A stretch of DNA of 64,000 bases from Octopus vulgaris (GCA_951406725.2 OX597816.1:59768001-59832000), one strand, 5' to 3'. Numbered from the stretch's first letter, positions 12,527 through 26,250 are shown. Numbers and translations: made by a program. Notes: generated by a model not told the origin, from the sequence alone.

Positions 12527-13948
12527 AAAATAACTTGAATTAATAAGCATTACATTTGACAGAAGAATCTGAAGGCAAAACAATTAAACTGTATTCTCCA
12601 AGAATTTCTTAAGCATATAATCTGAAGGTGCAAGCATGGTTGTGTGGCTGAGAAGCTTGCTTCCCAATCAAATTGTCTTCAGTTCAGTTCTACTGCGTGG
12701 TTCCTATAGCAAGGCCAACCAAAGTCTTGGGAGTAGATTTGGTAGAAAGAAAATGTGTGTGAGTGCTCTTGTCTTGACATCACATGATGGTTGTAAAGAA
12801 GTGATGTTGTTCTACAGAAAATGTCTGGCCATGGGGAAATATTAGTTTACTTGGAAACAGGTGAGGGTTGATGACAGGAAAGGCATCCAACCATAGAAAA
12901 CCTGCCCCGGAAAATTCCATCAGAACCCATGCAAGAATGGAAAAGTAGGCAATTAAAATGATGATCTCAAGTCAGCTTTGATTATATCATGTATTAGCTG
13001 CCAGTCAAGTGTAACTTGAGTATTATTTGACAAGTGTAACTTGAACATCTCTCAAGTATTGAGTGTCACTCCTGTATTTCTTGAATATTGTTTGTACTCA
13101 TGTCACTGAATACAAAGTCTGACTTTGTTATTACAGTAAAAGCAAATACAATAATTGAAATAACTTTGTAGCCACCAACATTGCTGTGTGGTGAACAAGC
13201 TCATTTTGCAACTGTGGGGATTTGGGGCGGGTGGATGGGGGGTCAGTCCCACTCTCTGGCACCTATTTTCTACTATAGCCACAGGCCAACTAAAGCCTTC
13301 TGAGTGGATTTGGTAGATGGAAACTGAAAGAAGCCTGTCATATATATACATATTATATATCATATAATATATATATATACACACACACATTTGTGTGTCT
13401 GTTTGTCCCTCCACCTCTCCTGACATTGGTGTGTTTACATCCCATAACTTAGCAAAACAGACCGATAGAATAAGTACTAGGCTTACAAAGAATAAGTCCT
13501 GGGGTCAATTTGTTCGTCTAAAAGCAGTGCTCCAGCATGGCCACAGTAAACAAGTAAAAGGATAAAAGAATTTAGTCAAATAAATTTGTCCCTATTAAGT
13601 TGGTCAGGACTGATGCAAAACCAAAGACAATATTATAAATCAGCACCGAGAAATAATAGTGACAAGTTGCAGGGATGGCCAAGCGGTAAGACGTTTGCTT
13701 CCTAACAACCCCAAGGCTCCAAGTTCAGTGCCCCTGCATTGCACCTATGGTGTCTTCAACTATAGCCCTGGGCTGAGTAAAGCCTTGTCAGTGGATTTTG
13801 TAGAAAGTCTGTGTGGAAACCTGTCATATATATATTTTAAAATATATATAAAGGTGAAAAATTGAATATTAATTTGATTAATATCAGTTTCAAACCAGTG
13901 GTCAAGCATATAGGAAAATCTGAAGATTCAGAAAATTACATTACATAC

Positions 13949-14118
13949 ATATAAGAGAGATGACCACTAAGTGGACATCCATCTGCTTGAAGTCGTCCTC
14001 CTATGGTCTTACCACTAAGAAAAGAATGTTCTCAATTTAGCAAACATCAGAACGTAAGCGAGCAAGACTAATGTCTAGCATAACGGATGTCCACTTAGTG
14101 GTCATCCCTCTTTTATAT
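13949..14118. mobile_element. Small MITE-like element
   Basis: Perfect 22-bp inverted repeat gatgaccactaagtggacatcc (13959-13980) / ggatgtccacttagtggtcatc (14085-14106), TA-flanked. Confidence 0.7.
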
Positions 14119-16056
14119 GTGTGTGTGTGCTGTGTCCAGATGTTAGATGGGGGTTAAGGTAAGGTAGGAGGGAAGATGTTGAGGTAGAGTGGGTTCTTGT
14201 TAGTTGAGGAGCACATTTAGGAGGGAGAGAGAAAGAATGAATGAATGAATTGGAGGTATCTCCAAGGAGATGGTTCTTGGTGATGAGATGTCCAGGGGTC
14301 ACCTTTCAAGTACAAGGTGAGTAGTAGAGCACAGGGGGCAGTTCAAGAGTAGATGGGAGAAGAGAGAAAGGAGTGATGAGGGGGAGATGGGGTAGGCAAC
14401 ATCTCTAAAGTTTGAGAAGGGTTGAGTGCTGCTTGAAGTAGCAGATGATGATACCATGGACAGTGGAAGAGAGATGATGGGTTTGGGTAGAGAGATAGGC
14501 AGGTGTAGTGCAAGAGGATACATAATATGGTGGTCCAGAGGGGGTGATTGGATGGCCACCGTAACGTGTGGGTGTGGAGAATATGAATGGTTAAAGAATG
14601 GCTAACAAGTGAGATGATTCTGGATAACGAGAGAAAATGGCATCAGATGGATTAGTTGTGGCTGGGGGAACGTGGCTTAGTGGTTAGAGTATTAGACTCA
14701 TGATCGTAGGATTGTGGTTTCAATTCCTGGACTGGGTGACATGTTGTGTTCTTGAGCAAAACACTTCATTTCACATTGCTCCAATGAGTAATCCTGCTAC
14801 AGACCAGTGTACCGTCCAGGAGGGGAGGATATACGCCATTGAAACCGACCTTTATGAGCCTGGCATAGCTTGAGAAGAAAACATTTATTATTTATTTCTT
14901 ATATAAACAAAAACATGTATGTGTGGGTGAGTGTCAGAGACATTCTGTGAAAACATGTGAAGCCATAGGGAAATGTTACCTTGCTCGGAAACAAGTGCAA
15001 GTTGGTGACAGGAAAGGCATCCGGCCATAGAAATTCTGTCTAGTACATACAACCATGGAAAAGTGGATGTTAAATGATGATGAATCTATATAATGTATGT
15101 GTGTCCATTTTTGTATCTGCTTTTCCATGCCAGCACAAATAACATTACTGTGGCATTGTTAGCAACAAGATGTAATTGATAAAACCTTAGTTGTTTCAAC
15201 CAAACTGAAATAGTAGCCAAGCACAAACATTAAGAACTTTATAGAGAGGAACAGGAAGATTACAGATTGTCTGAGAAAAGAAAATTAAATTAAATGAATG
15301 CATAAAATTTATAGGATGTATTTCATTCCGTTAGACTCTAATTTCTGGTAAGACAGTTCTCTCCCTTGTAACAGACATGAACAACCAATGATCCAACAGT
15401 TTACACGTGTTCTGTATGTGTATGCGTGCGTGTGTGCACATGCATGCCTTGTGAGTGAATTTGGTTTAGCAAAACTGCAGGAGGCTTTTGTGTGTGTGTG
15501 CGCGTGCGTGTGTGCATGCAGATGTGCTTCAGTGTTGGCATCTTGCTCACTTGGGATGAGCAGAATAGTCATGTAGTGTTTACATTCCTTACTGACATAA
15601 TGATCAGTAACGCTGTGCTTTCAAAGAACTAAAAAGCCCAGTATTTGAAAAACAGGTACGGGTCTGCAACAAGAGGGGCATCTAGCTCTAAAATTCTGTT
15701 GTAAATATGTCACCATCCAACCCATGCTAGCATGGAAAAACATTAAACAAATGAGTGAATATATTTTTCAATCTCTCCCCATTCGCTGTCATCCATGCCT
15801 CTTGCATCCCCTCTTCTGTTACCCATCTCTCAGTCTCTTCCTCTACTGAGTCCCAAGTGGAACTAAAGTTAGCAGCCACCTCTTGTATCCGTCATACATT
15901 GCTTCCATTGTAACTAAATATGTCACAGTATTTGTCTGACTCTTTCACCAATACTTATTTGAAGCATTCACAGAAACAGGACCGATCTTTCGTTTTCCCT
16001 ACAACCACCCTCAAGACTCAGCCATCTTGAAACATATTCATATACACACATTCATA

Positions 16057-16610
16057 CAAAGGTTTGATAAGAAAATAAAAAAAGGGATCAGGGCTGGTTC
16101 TATGAAAAGAAAACTACAACACAATTCAATTTGACATTTAATCTCCTTCGAAGTAGTCCCCCTTCTGAAGACACACACTTTATCCAGTGTTGTTTCCATC
16201 GATGGGAACATTCCTAGAACTCCTTTTTAGAGACAGAAAGCCAGATGCCTCATTGCATTCTCTTGAATTTCCTCGATGTCTTGAAATCATGTTGGGGTCT
16301 TGCACTGTGAAGGCTAGGGCTTGGTGTCAGGGTCATAGCCACGATTTGTCGCCTGTCATGACTGTTTTCAAAAAGCTTTCATCTTCCTCAACAGTCAAAG
16401 AGGTCCTGACCACCTGAAACCCGATCTTTTTTTGAGATAACCACACTCTGCACACTTTACTTCCAAGCACTGTTATAAGCAATGGAAGTGAGCGAGAATG
16501 TTATAAACTTCATGTGTTATTTATGACATTCTGTACCGAGTGGCTTCACTTTGCATAGTTTAGCTCAGTTACCATAGCAACAATCCTGATACATTTTGAT
16601 CAGACCTTTG
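16057..16610 (-). mobile_element. Internally deleted mariner (Tc1/mariner) element
   Basis: Imperfect TIRs caaaggtttgataag / tttgatcagacctttg. Transposase remnants TGDKSW...YDPDTK and WIKCVSSEGDYFEGD*. Confidence 0.8.
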
Positions 16611-17399
16611 TGTATGTATGTATATATATACGCACACACACAAGGCGTTAGGAAGGGCATCCAGCTGTAGAAACTCTGCCAGATCAAGATTGGAGCCTGG
16701 TGCAGCCATCTGGTTCGCCAGCCCTCAGTCAAAATCGTCCAACCCATGCTAGCATGGAAAGCGGGCTTTAAATGATGATGATGATATATATATATATATA
16801 GGATGTTACATTACTGGTGTTTGATCATGCAGCTCCTCTTCCACACATCTTGAGTGTGTGTCATTGCTCCATCTCTTGGGTCACGTTACCTTCTCTTGTT
16901 ACCCTTTCACCCCTTTGTCATGATACCCCCATTAAACATATTTATCTCAAAATACTAGATAATCCCATCCCAACCACCATTACTATCATTCCTATCTTAC
17001 ATTCTGTAAAAAAGCTGGCAAGCAAACAGAGACACGGAAGGTTGTGAGGTTCTTTTGATTATGCTGAGGACGTGGCTACTTCTTTAGTGCTGGTGCCATG
17101 AAAAGAAGCAACACCCAGGAGACTGGAAAGTGGTTAGTGATGGTTAGGATTGTTATCCAGCAACAGAAACATGAGTTAAATGCAGTTTTTCAATGTGTCT
17201 AGATGAGCAGTACCTCTGTGTATCAGCTGAGTCCAGCCATGGCAATCCATCCAACACATGCAAGTAGGAAAGATAATCCAACACGACTGTAAGGACAACG
17301 ATGTGTGTGTGTGTGTGTGTGTGTGAGTGTGTGCATACCTGAGAGACTCGAGTCTATAAAATATAAAAGAGGGACAAGGCAATGATATCGTCAGCTCAA

Positions 17400-18609
17400 A
17401 TAAATACATAAAACAAATAAATGAACAAAACAATAGAAAGAAAGAAACAAAAAAACCCTGTTTTTTTTTTCAATCATTGGATAGCGACTATTATTATTAA
17501 TAGTTTGTATTGTCATAAGGGGCCTGCTCTATGAGGGGAGGGTCTCTACTAGTTATCTCCCCTGATATCACAGGATTTGTTTTATATATATATACATACA
17601 TATAATATATATATATAGGAATGGTTTTACATTAACTTTTAGGCTTGATGAATCAAATGGAAAATATATCAGAAGATATTAATTACAATGATAATTAATG
17701 ATACACAAAACGTTTCCAGTCATGATTTTTTTTTGATGTTTTCGTTTTTTGTTTTTTTTTATCAGAGAAGCAACATTTTTAGTATTGTGTAACATCAGTG
17801 CTCACCAGAATTCCAAATTGCTTTGGAATCCTTTCTGAAATTGATGATATTACAAAGAACAGGACGTTTCCAAGGAACTGAAGTTAAAATAACGAGCACA
17901 GTACATATGCGTGTGTGTGTGTGTGTGTGTGTGTTGAAGAGCAGCAAAGATGGAGGGAACTTGGTATGAATGCTTGCCTGTCCTGCCTTATTTTATTCCC
18001 ATTCTGTTGGCAAAATAAGGAATGATTGTTTGTTAGTTTGTGGCCAAAGAACTAGGGGCGATCAGTACAACATAGGGGTTTTATTTTCGATATTGTCCTC
18101 AAAAAAACCGGAAACCACCAAACCGTTTTGTTCCATTCCACTGACCAAAGAAGCAGCAACTACGTCCAAACAACCAACACCGAATGGTAAGCATCTGACC
18201 AATATAACTCACCTGCCAGCATCAATCCTGTTTCATTTACTAGGTCGGTTTGTTTTCTATGACAGCAACAAGACAGGGAAACAAGGGAATGGATAAAAAA
18301 ACACTATTGGTTGCTTTGTTCAAAATATTTAGTGGAAAAAAAAAACCCAAAAAATTTGTAGAATTTTTACTCAAAGTTTTGCGAAAGTGTCTTTTGGTAA
18401 ACTTCTTTAAATTTGTAAAAGAATATTTTGAGATTTTATATATAAGTCATGTATTCATTGTGCATGAATACATGTGTGTGTCTGTATATATGTGTGAGTA
18501 TGTGTGTCTACATATATATATATATATATACACAAACACACATCCATGATGCAACTATGTAGGTATGAGTGTGTCTTTGTACATAAATGCATGCCCACAC
18601 GTGTGTGTC

Positions 18610-18643
<34 letters not shown>

Positions 18644-18774
18644 GATAGATACACACACACTCATCTATACATGTAAGTGTGTGTATTTATATAAATTTGA
18701 AGCAAGTTACCATAGCAATTACAAAAATGATTCCTTTCCAGTTAGTTTTTTTAGTTCAGCAGCAGACTATTTGT

Positions 18775-18806
<32 letters not shown>

Positions 18807-19654
18807 TTCCACAGAACCCAGAACTAGTCTACCTCACAAAATGCTTATTGATGAAGATGAAGGTTATTGGAAATTGTTCTAAATAGTCTCAGGTGGAGGG
18901 GTTGGCTAGGGGGATGGGGTAGTAGGGAGAATTATAGAATTAGAATTAATAAATTCCAACATCTTTTTGTTTTGTTTTTTTTTGTTGTAATTCTAAGAAT
19001 TCTGAATGTTTATTCCTCCTCTTTCACACTCGACTAAAATAAACCGGCACAAGAACCCAAATCCTTTCAGTGCCCAATAAAAAGAATTAAAAAAAAAAAA
19101 TACAAAAATCATGTGTAAATGATAAAGGGATCTCATATGTTGGAAACATAAGTGAAGGGTGAAGGAAGTCTCAAATCGTTTTGGGGATGGGAAAGGGTTG
19201 TTTTCTTTTATCGATTCTTAATATTTAGCATGTTGAGGAATGCTTCACTGTTTGAAGAATGTCAAGGAGGAGCTTCAAGAAAAAAACAAACAAAAAAAAA
19301 ACACACACACACAAGACTTCGGAGCCAGTCTTCTGCAATGGTGACACCCTTAGTTATATTGACAAATAATGGAAGAAAAAAAAAATGAAACCAAACAAAC
19401 TGCTGGGCCATAGCAGATGTGTTTCTGTGGTGAAAGAAACGGTTGTAAGTACAATGACATCAGCACCAGGTGGAGTGGGGTGGTGGACAAAGATGGGCAG
19501 AGCTCTTTTATCAACCGGTCAAGTAATTAGAAGTGTGGGAGGAGGTGGGGGGAATCCTGACCAACTTTCAGGAATCGATGTAGAACGGGATACTGATACA
19601 CTGGTAACCATTTAGAGAAAAAGCGATTTTTAAAACAGACATTGGTTCTGTGGA
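17400..19654 (-). other. Probable long 3' UTR of ATXN7L3
   Basis: About 2.2 kb after the stop codon with no recognisable interspersed repeats, U-rich on the minus strand. Minus-strand AATAAA near 19010, 18080 and 17990. The 3' end is not determined. Confidence 0.55.
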
Positions 19655-19851
19655 TCATACAAAGTCATATAAACTGGTGTTGACGGGATTGTTTGATGGA
19701 TGGCTACTACTTTGGCTTGATGCTGCTGCTGACGATGATGACGATGCTGATGCTGCTGTTGCTGCTGCTGTTGCCGCTGTTTGTTTGACAATTTTTTTCT
19801 TCTTTGTCACTGGTGGTTTCAATGGTTTGGCTGGACCACGTTTCCGAGAAC
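19655..19851 (-). CDS. ATXN7L3: ATXN7L3 last coding exon
   Basis: tttgtag acceptor. (G)SRKRGPAKPLKPPVTKKKKIVKQTAATAAATAASASSSSSAAASSQSSSHPSNNPVNTSLYDFV*, stop TGA at 19655-19657. The terminal SLYD motif resembles vertebrate SIYDDIN. Confidence 0.9.
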
Positions 19852-20534
19852 CTACAAATTAAGCGTAGAAATGGTTAATGCCATCTCTTGAGAATATTTC
19901 ACCAAATTTAAGGAATTCATAAATTGTCAGTTGCACAAGGGACAATGAGAATCAAAATTATTATTGGCATATTTTGTTCTTAATATGTTCCAGAAGACTG
20001 GAATGCAAAAATACCAATTAATGTTGTGTATAGGCGCAGGAGTGGCTGTGTGGTAAGAAGCTTGCTTCCCAACCACATGGTTCCAGGTTCAGTCCCACTG
20101 TGTAGCACCTTGGGCAAGTGTCTTCTTCTATAGCTTTGGGCCAACCAATGCCTTGTGAGTAGATTTGGTAGACAGAAACTAAAAGAAGCTGTTGTGTATA
20201 TATATAAAAGAACACAATCATCATAAAGGAGAGGTTGTTCTGTCATGAACCCCAACAGCCGTCAGCATATTTATGCCTGAATCTACAAGAATATATTGGG
20301 TTCCAATTTTGGCACAAGGCCAGCAATTTAGGGGGAGGGGGTATGCTAATTACAGTGACCCCAGTACTCAACTGATACTTTATTCTATTAACACTGAAAG
20401 GATGAAAGGCAAAGTCAATCTCAGTGGAATTTGATCACAGACTGTAAAGATTGAGAAAATACTGCTAAGCAACTTACCTAGCTTGCTAATAATTCTGCCA
20501 GCTCAACGCCTCTTGATCTACCCAGAACCTATTA

Positions 20535-21080
20535 AGAATGAGGTGGTGAAGCATGACCTTCAAACATTGGACCTCACAGAGGCAATGATGAAAGACCGAG
20601 ACCTCTGGAGATATGCTGTGACTGCGAAGACCCAGCAAAGTGAGTTCACAGCTGTCACCTACAACAGTGTTTACCTTGGCTTGTAGGGTGACATGCTGAG
20701 CTTGAGGAGACCTATTGAGTCAAGTACATCAAAATCAAATGGAAATTATAGTTGTGATCCCGATGCTGGTGGCACATAAAAAAGCACCACCCGAACATGG
20801 CCGATGCCAGCACTGCCTTGACTGGCTTTTGTGCCGGTGGCACATAAAAAGCACCAACCGATCATGGTTGTTTCCAGCCCACTCTGGCTCCTGTGCCGGT
20901 GGCATGTGAAAAGCACCCACTACACTCTCAGAGTGGTTGGCATTAGGAAGGGCATCCAGGTGTAGAAACACTGCCAGATCAGACTGGAGCCTGACGCAGC
21001 CTCCTGGCTTCCCAGACCGCAGTCGAACTGTTCAACCCATGCCAGCATGGAAAATGGACGTTAAATGACTATGATGATTT
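20535..21080 (+). mobile_element. RTE LINE 3' end (ORF C-terminus, long 3' UTR, TGA-repeat tail)
   Basis: EVVKHDLQTLDLTEAMMKDRDLWRYAV followed by the abundant ...gcatggaaaatggacgttaaatga(tga)n repeat. Confidence 0.8.
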
Positions 21081-21344
21081 AGTAGTACAACAGTTTAGCA
21101 TTTTTCAAAAGTGTAGTAAGTCCCACATATGACAGTTTTGCATAATAACAACAATAAAAATGTACAGAAGAGCAGGTTTGGCTGTGAGGTTAAGAAACTC
21201 AATTTGCAACAATGTGGTTCCAGGTTCAGTCCCACTGTGCAACACCTTGGACAAGTGTCTTCAATTATAGCCCTAGGCCTGTCAATGCCATGTGAGTAAA
21301 TTTGCTAAAAGGAAACTGTATGGAAGCCTGTTGTGTGTGTGTGT

Positions 21345-21393
<49 letters not shown>

Positions 21394-22308
21394 GATATTG
21401 GTATTGACCAGACTATCTGATGTTATACATCACTGATTACAATGCACTTCATATTGTTTTAGCTTTCAAATGATCCTACCCTACTGGCTAGGCAAGCAGG
21501 CTAACATTTCCTCTGATCAGAAAGCTATTCCATTGCAGGGTTACTCTTTTACAGCTGAGTGGACTGGGGCAGCATGAAATGAAGTGACTTGTCCAAGGAC
21601 ACAATGCACCACCCAGTCCAACCCAACATTAAGCAATTGGGAATGTGGCAGCCAAATCACAAGGCCATGTGCCTCAACGTATATTTGTATGTGTGTGTTG
21701 GTTTGGTTATGTCTCCATAACTTAGCAGTCTGGCAAAGCAATCAACAGAATAATTACCAGGGGATGGAGGCATGTGGCTAAGTGGTTAGGGCTGTTGGAT
21801 CATAAGATTGTGGTTTCAATTCCTGAACCAGGCAACGTGTTGTGTTCTTGAGCAAGACGCTTCAGTGCACTCAACTGGCAAAAATTAGTCATCCTACAAC
21901 AAACTCGTATCCTGTCCTGGTGGGGAATCATGGAAACCGGCAAACCAGCCCTCAGGAGCCTGACATGGCTCAAGAAGGAAACATTTATTTTTATTTATTT
22001 TTTATAAGCATTGGGGGTAGAATTCTTTGATTGAACCAGGCAAGGGTAACCCTTCCCCCACCAAAAAAGAAAAAACAGGCTGCATGAGGCACAACTCCTC
22101 ATCAGGTGAGTCACACTACCCCAAAAAGAAATTCAAGGTCATTTTTCATTAGGTGTGCCATTCAGCAGGGGCACTGGGCTGCAGTCTGTCATCTAAGACT
22201 GGACTAACCTCTTAAATGACCCGGGCTAGGGTCAAAAGGGTATATCATGGCTTCCTCTGCTAGAAAAGCCAAGAATGTTGCAAAGAAAGAAACGGAAAAA
22301 AGATTTAC

Positions 22309-22442
22309 CATTACTTGAAGATGTTGAATCCACAGGAGAGGTGCTGCACGTTGCCTCCCAATGTAAAGTGTCCCTTAAAGATTGTCCGTCACCATCTTCA
22401 TAGCCATCTATGTCAACCTGGACATCATCTGCATCTGGATGA
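22309..22442 (-). CDS. ATXN7L3: ATXN7L3 exon
   Basis: aatttcag acceptor, G|gtaaat donor. (D)HPDADDVQVDIDGYEDGDGQSLRDTLHWEATCSTSPVDSTSSSN, similar to vertebrate DSQALISRLQWDGSSDLSPSDSGSS. 134 nt. Confidence 0.92.
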
Positions 22443-23129
22443 CTGAAATTTACAAAACACAATTTTTTTGATGAATACTAGAAACAACAGCAAGAGGGAG
22501 GTGATACTTGATGTTATATCTGGAGAGATCCAGTCATTTATATTAAAGCAGAGAAATTAAGAAAAACCCTCCAGCTGTGACCAGTTCACCTTTTCTGTAT
22601 ATCTAAGCTTACATTACCCAATATAACATTCTTTTTATAAGACATTACTGGATGATTTAAGGGAGAGTTAGTTGCTATTTCTAGCAGATTGAGCAAGGAT
22701 AGCTAAGTTGTTTAATAAGAACCATAGATATTTTGTTTAAATTATGAATAATATAAATAATTGCAGTGTGGAAGGTGTTTATAAGCCACTTAAAAATGCA
22801 CAAAAACCGTTCGATTCACTTCAACATTTAAATTTAATTTGTCAAAATATTTTCGTTGCTTTGAGACTGACCTGTTCACTGACAAAATAAATAATAAATA
22901 TTATTTAATAACAGTTTGACTCAGCTCCATGCAACTTAAGGTTTTGTAGGCTCAAAGAACAAACCCAACTCATCTGGCATCCAGAGAGAGAGAGAGAGAG
23001 AGAGACAGGCCAAGAGACAAAATTCAAGATCACTTATAGAAATGTCAGGCTTCTGTTGAACAACTCAGGTCATGTGGTGCTATTGTTCTGGAAGTGACAT
23101 CAGTTCTTTTTTTTTTTTGTTCTTAGACC

Positions 23130-23560
23130 CACTTGGTTAGAGAAGATGTAGGCAGGTAGTTGTCACCACTGTGTCTGAAAGCTGTGGTATGATTGAGAAG
23201 TCTCCAGATAGAGCAGGATAAGGAAGGGGAGTTTTCTTTATTTCTGCATCTGAAGGAGTGCATATGCTGTGTATACCTTCCCTTGAAGCCATTGGCTGTC
23301 ATGCTCATGAAGTGTTTTGTAAAGCTATCAGATGGTGTGAAGGTGGCTCTATAGACCACAGCCCTTGAGAGGGAGGATTCTCCCGGCAGGCAGTTGATAG
23401 GATTTTTGAAGTTGCAGGTCAGGGTGTGTATTGGAGGCTGTGTAGGTGTGTTTATGTCTATTGTGGCATGTGATGTCTGAAGAGAAGTTGTCTAAGCAGG
23501 TGTAAATGACTTTGATGTCATGGGTGTACTACAGCTTCCAGACACAGAATCTGCCTCATG
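23130..23560 (-). mobile_element. Penelope-like element, GIY-YIG endonuclease fragment
   Basis: TCNFKNPINCLPGESSLSRAVVYRATFTPSDSFTKHFMSMTANGFKGRYTQHMHSFRCRNKENSPSLSCSIWRL matches the PLE pattern CxC..CP....VVY.A....YIG.T...FK.RY..H..SF......T.LS..IW.L. Confidence 0.75.
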
Positions 23561-24485
23561 TCCTCTTTACTCTCCTCTATATGCCTGGTGAGCTAAGTTT
23601 CACTCTAGGTGTCTACAAAACCTGAAGTTACTGTCATTAAATAATATATGTAACTCCTACCAAACATGTTGAGTACCACTTTCTTTCATTTGTCCATTCA
23701 CTTGTGAAAGTGTGTGTGTGTGTGTGTGGGGGGGTGCAGGCATGGCTGCATGTTAAAGTAGCATGCATCCCAACCACATGGTTTTGGGTTCAGTCCCACT
23801 GCATGGCACCTTGGGCAAGGGTCTTCTACCGTAGTCTCAGGCCGACCAAATCCTTGCGAGTGGATTTGATAGATGGAAACTGAAATGCACTCAGTGTGTG
23901 TATGTTTGTGTCTGCTTGTCTTGACATTGCACGAAAGTTGTAAATGAGTGTCACTGTCGTACAAGCAGAGTCATCCAGTTCTAATATTCTGTGAAAAATG
24001 TCTGGCTATGGGGAAATATTAACTTGGTTGGAAACAGATGAGTGTTGACAACAGGAAGAGCATCCAGACAAAGAAAATTTGCCTCAATAAACTCAACCCA
24101 ACTCCTGCAAGCATAGAAAAGTGGACATTAAATGATGATGAAGTTAAAACAATGAGGATTGCTGTTTCATGTTCTGACTATCATTGCCAAGAAGTTCCAG
24201 GTACATTGTAGGTTTCTGATGAAATGATATTTACCAAAATATCTCTTCAGAATCAACGGTTAGTGTCAAAGAGTTATTTCATTTTATTGTGAATACAGTA
24301 TTATCTAATTAACACAACAATAATTCCTAACTATTTGATCTGTCTTTCCAAATCCACCCTGGTTATTTCTACCCCTTTTTTTTTATAATGCAAGGACTGT
24401 CAGTATAAGACAAATATACCTAGAGTCTGTGGAAGATGTTGATACATCTACTGTTTATATTGACGAGGAGGAGGAGGGAGACATA

Positions 24486-24852
24486 TCTTTATATATAAAA
24501 GTGAGGTTGTGTGCTGTCTGTCTCCTACGATTTAGATTCCTAACTACTCCCACATTTTGCGGGTATCTTATAGTCGTGATTCATATCGAGCCCTTCTGGG
24601 TATTAGCATGAGTCTACGATTTAAAAAAAAATTTACCATCAATTTTCCCCATTTTTAATGCATTTTTGGCATATATAAGGGAAGTAACTCTCTAAAAATT
24701 TATTATTAAATCTCAGAACGTAAAAAGCTACAGTAACACCCCCTACCTTTGTGGTTAGCCATATTGAGATGGCTATTATACTTTACATCTCTAAAAATGC
24801 TTATATAGTTATTTCCCTTACAAACCCGAGCAACGCCGGGCGATACTGCTAG
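24486..24852 (+). mobile_element. Non-autonomous Helitron
   Basis: A|TC 5' end, subterminal hairpin CCCGAGCAACGCCGGG, 3' CTAG|T, no TSD. Confidence 0.85.
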
Positions 24853-24859
24853 TATAACA

Positions 24860-25720
24860 TAGAGGACAACTGGAAGTTCCTATGAGATAGCTTACTGAGG
24901 GCCACAGGCCAGATCTGTGGCTGGTACAAAGTCCCAACCAGACCTGGGGTGACATGGCAGTGGAACAGTGAAGTAAACAGGGCCATAAGAGCAAAGAAAC
25001 AGGCACAAAAGGACTGGAAGAGTGGAGATAATAGAGAACCAAGTAGCTACAAGAGATGCTAGGCAACAGGTATATTTAGCTAGGGAAGAAGCAGAAAGGA
25101 AGAAATTTGTCAATGTTCTGTGGTGTGAGAACCAGAGGTATGAGGTGCTCCAGATTGCAAGGCAGTGTGGCCACAGAAAATCATGATGTAGGAGAGAAGA
25201 GCATTTGGATGGATGATGGTATGCTTGCACTTCATGACCCTGCAAAGAAAGAAGCATGGGGGTGTCACTATAAAAGACTGCTAAATGGGGAGAAGGAGAG
25301 TCTTCCTAATGTGGACCCAACAGAGAGACCAACTGAGATGAAAGCAGTATGATAGATAAATTAAGGGTATGAAGACAGGAAAAGTCCCTGGCCCAACACT
25401 GAGATGTTTGAAATATCTGGTGGAGTGGGATAAGGCCTAGTCACCTGTGCATTTAATCAGATTGTCCAGGAAGGGGTCATGCCCAATGACCAGTGTAGCA
25501 GCATCAAAGTCAACTACTACAAAAGTAAACGTGACGTCCTAGAAAAAAATTACAGGGGTATCAAATTGCTGGGCCATGTGATGAAAGCTACAGAAAGGGC
25601 TATAGCGCAATTAATCAAGAAGAGAGTTAACCTTGATGAGATGTAATTTGGAGAAGCGCTACTGATGTTATCTTCTTAAGTAAGGCAACTGCAGGAGAAT
25701 ATTTAACCAAAAATAAAATG
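24860..25720 (+). mobile_element. RTE LINE ORF fragment (EN-RT linker and RT start)
   Basis: KKEAWGCHYKRLLN, then the KGMKTGKVPGP, YYKSKRDVLE and NYRGIKLL-like segments, decayed. Confidence 0.8.
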
Positions 25721-26119
25721 CTGTTGTTGCTGATGATGATAGATATACCTACAGTTTGTATAAGACAGGAAGTATATCTATGTCTTATACAAACACTAGG
25801 TATATATCTTATGCAGAAACTAGCTATATCTCAGCCTTATACGGACATATCTGCCCTAGAAAACACAAGCTGTGTTTATCTCTTACACAGGTAATGGCTA
25901 CATCTTTGTTTTATGGGTCTCTTCATACAAGACAAGCTCCAAGAATCTAACAGAGACACATATGTACTAAAACAAACAATAATGGAGCAGTTGAAAGATG
26001 GTTGCCACAGTAACGATGGTGATGATGAGAACACTGATGGAGAGAAGATGAACATTTAGAGACTCAATGTGTATTGTTTTTCAAAATGTGTGAGAAATTG
26101 GAGGGAAAATGGCTCTTAC

Positions 26120-26250
26120 TCGTGATCAGCTGTGTGGTCGTCGTTTAAAAGAAACTGTCGAACTGAGCATCTTTGTTCATCGTTGTGCTGAGGGCAACGA
26201 AAGCTTCGGGTGCACATTTTCTTGGTGTGTTCAGATATCACCCCACAGCA
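26120..26250 (-). CDS. ATXN7L3: ATXN7L3 exon, SCA7 zinc-binding domain
   Basis: tttacttcag acceptor, GA|gtaaga donor. CCGVISEHTKKMCTRSFRCPQHNDEQRCSVRQFLL is near identical to the SCA7 motif CGVISEHTKKMCTRSLRCPQH. 131 nt. Confidence 0.97.

Noticed and set aside
14102-14559. Pro/Ser-rich minus-strand ORFs
   Set aside because: Purine/pyrimidine strand bias, no recognisable domain and no convincing splice sites.
19566-19657. Stop-codon readthrough of ATXN7L3
   Set aside because: The TGA-TCC context is not a strong readthrough signal and the extension stops after about 28 unremarkable codons.
19385-19862. Plus-strand ORFs overlapping the last exon
   Set aside because: Antisense shadows of the ATXN7L3 last exon and its UTR.
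22838-22886. Hammerhead-like fold TTTGTCA...GAAAATATT-TGACAAA on the minus strand
   Set aside because: The core reads GTGAACA instead of CTGANGA and stem II is broken.
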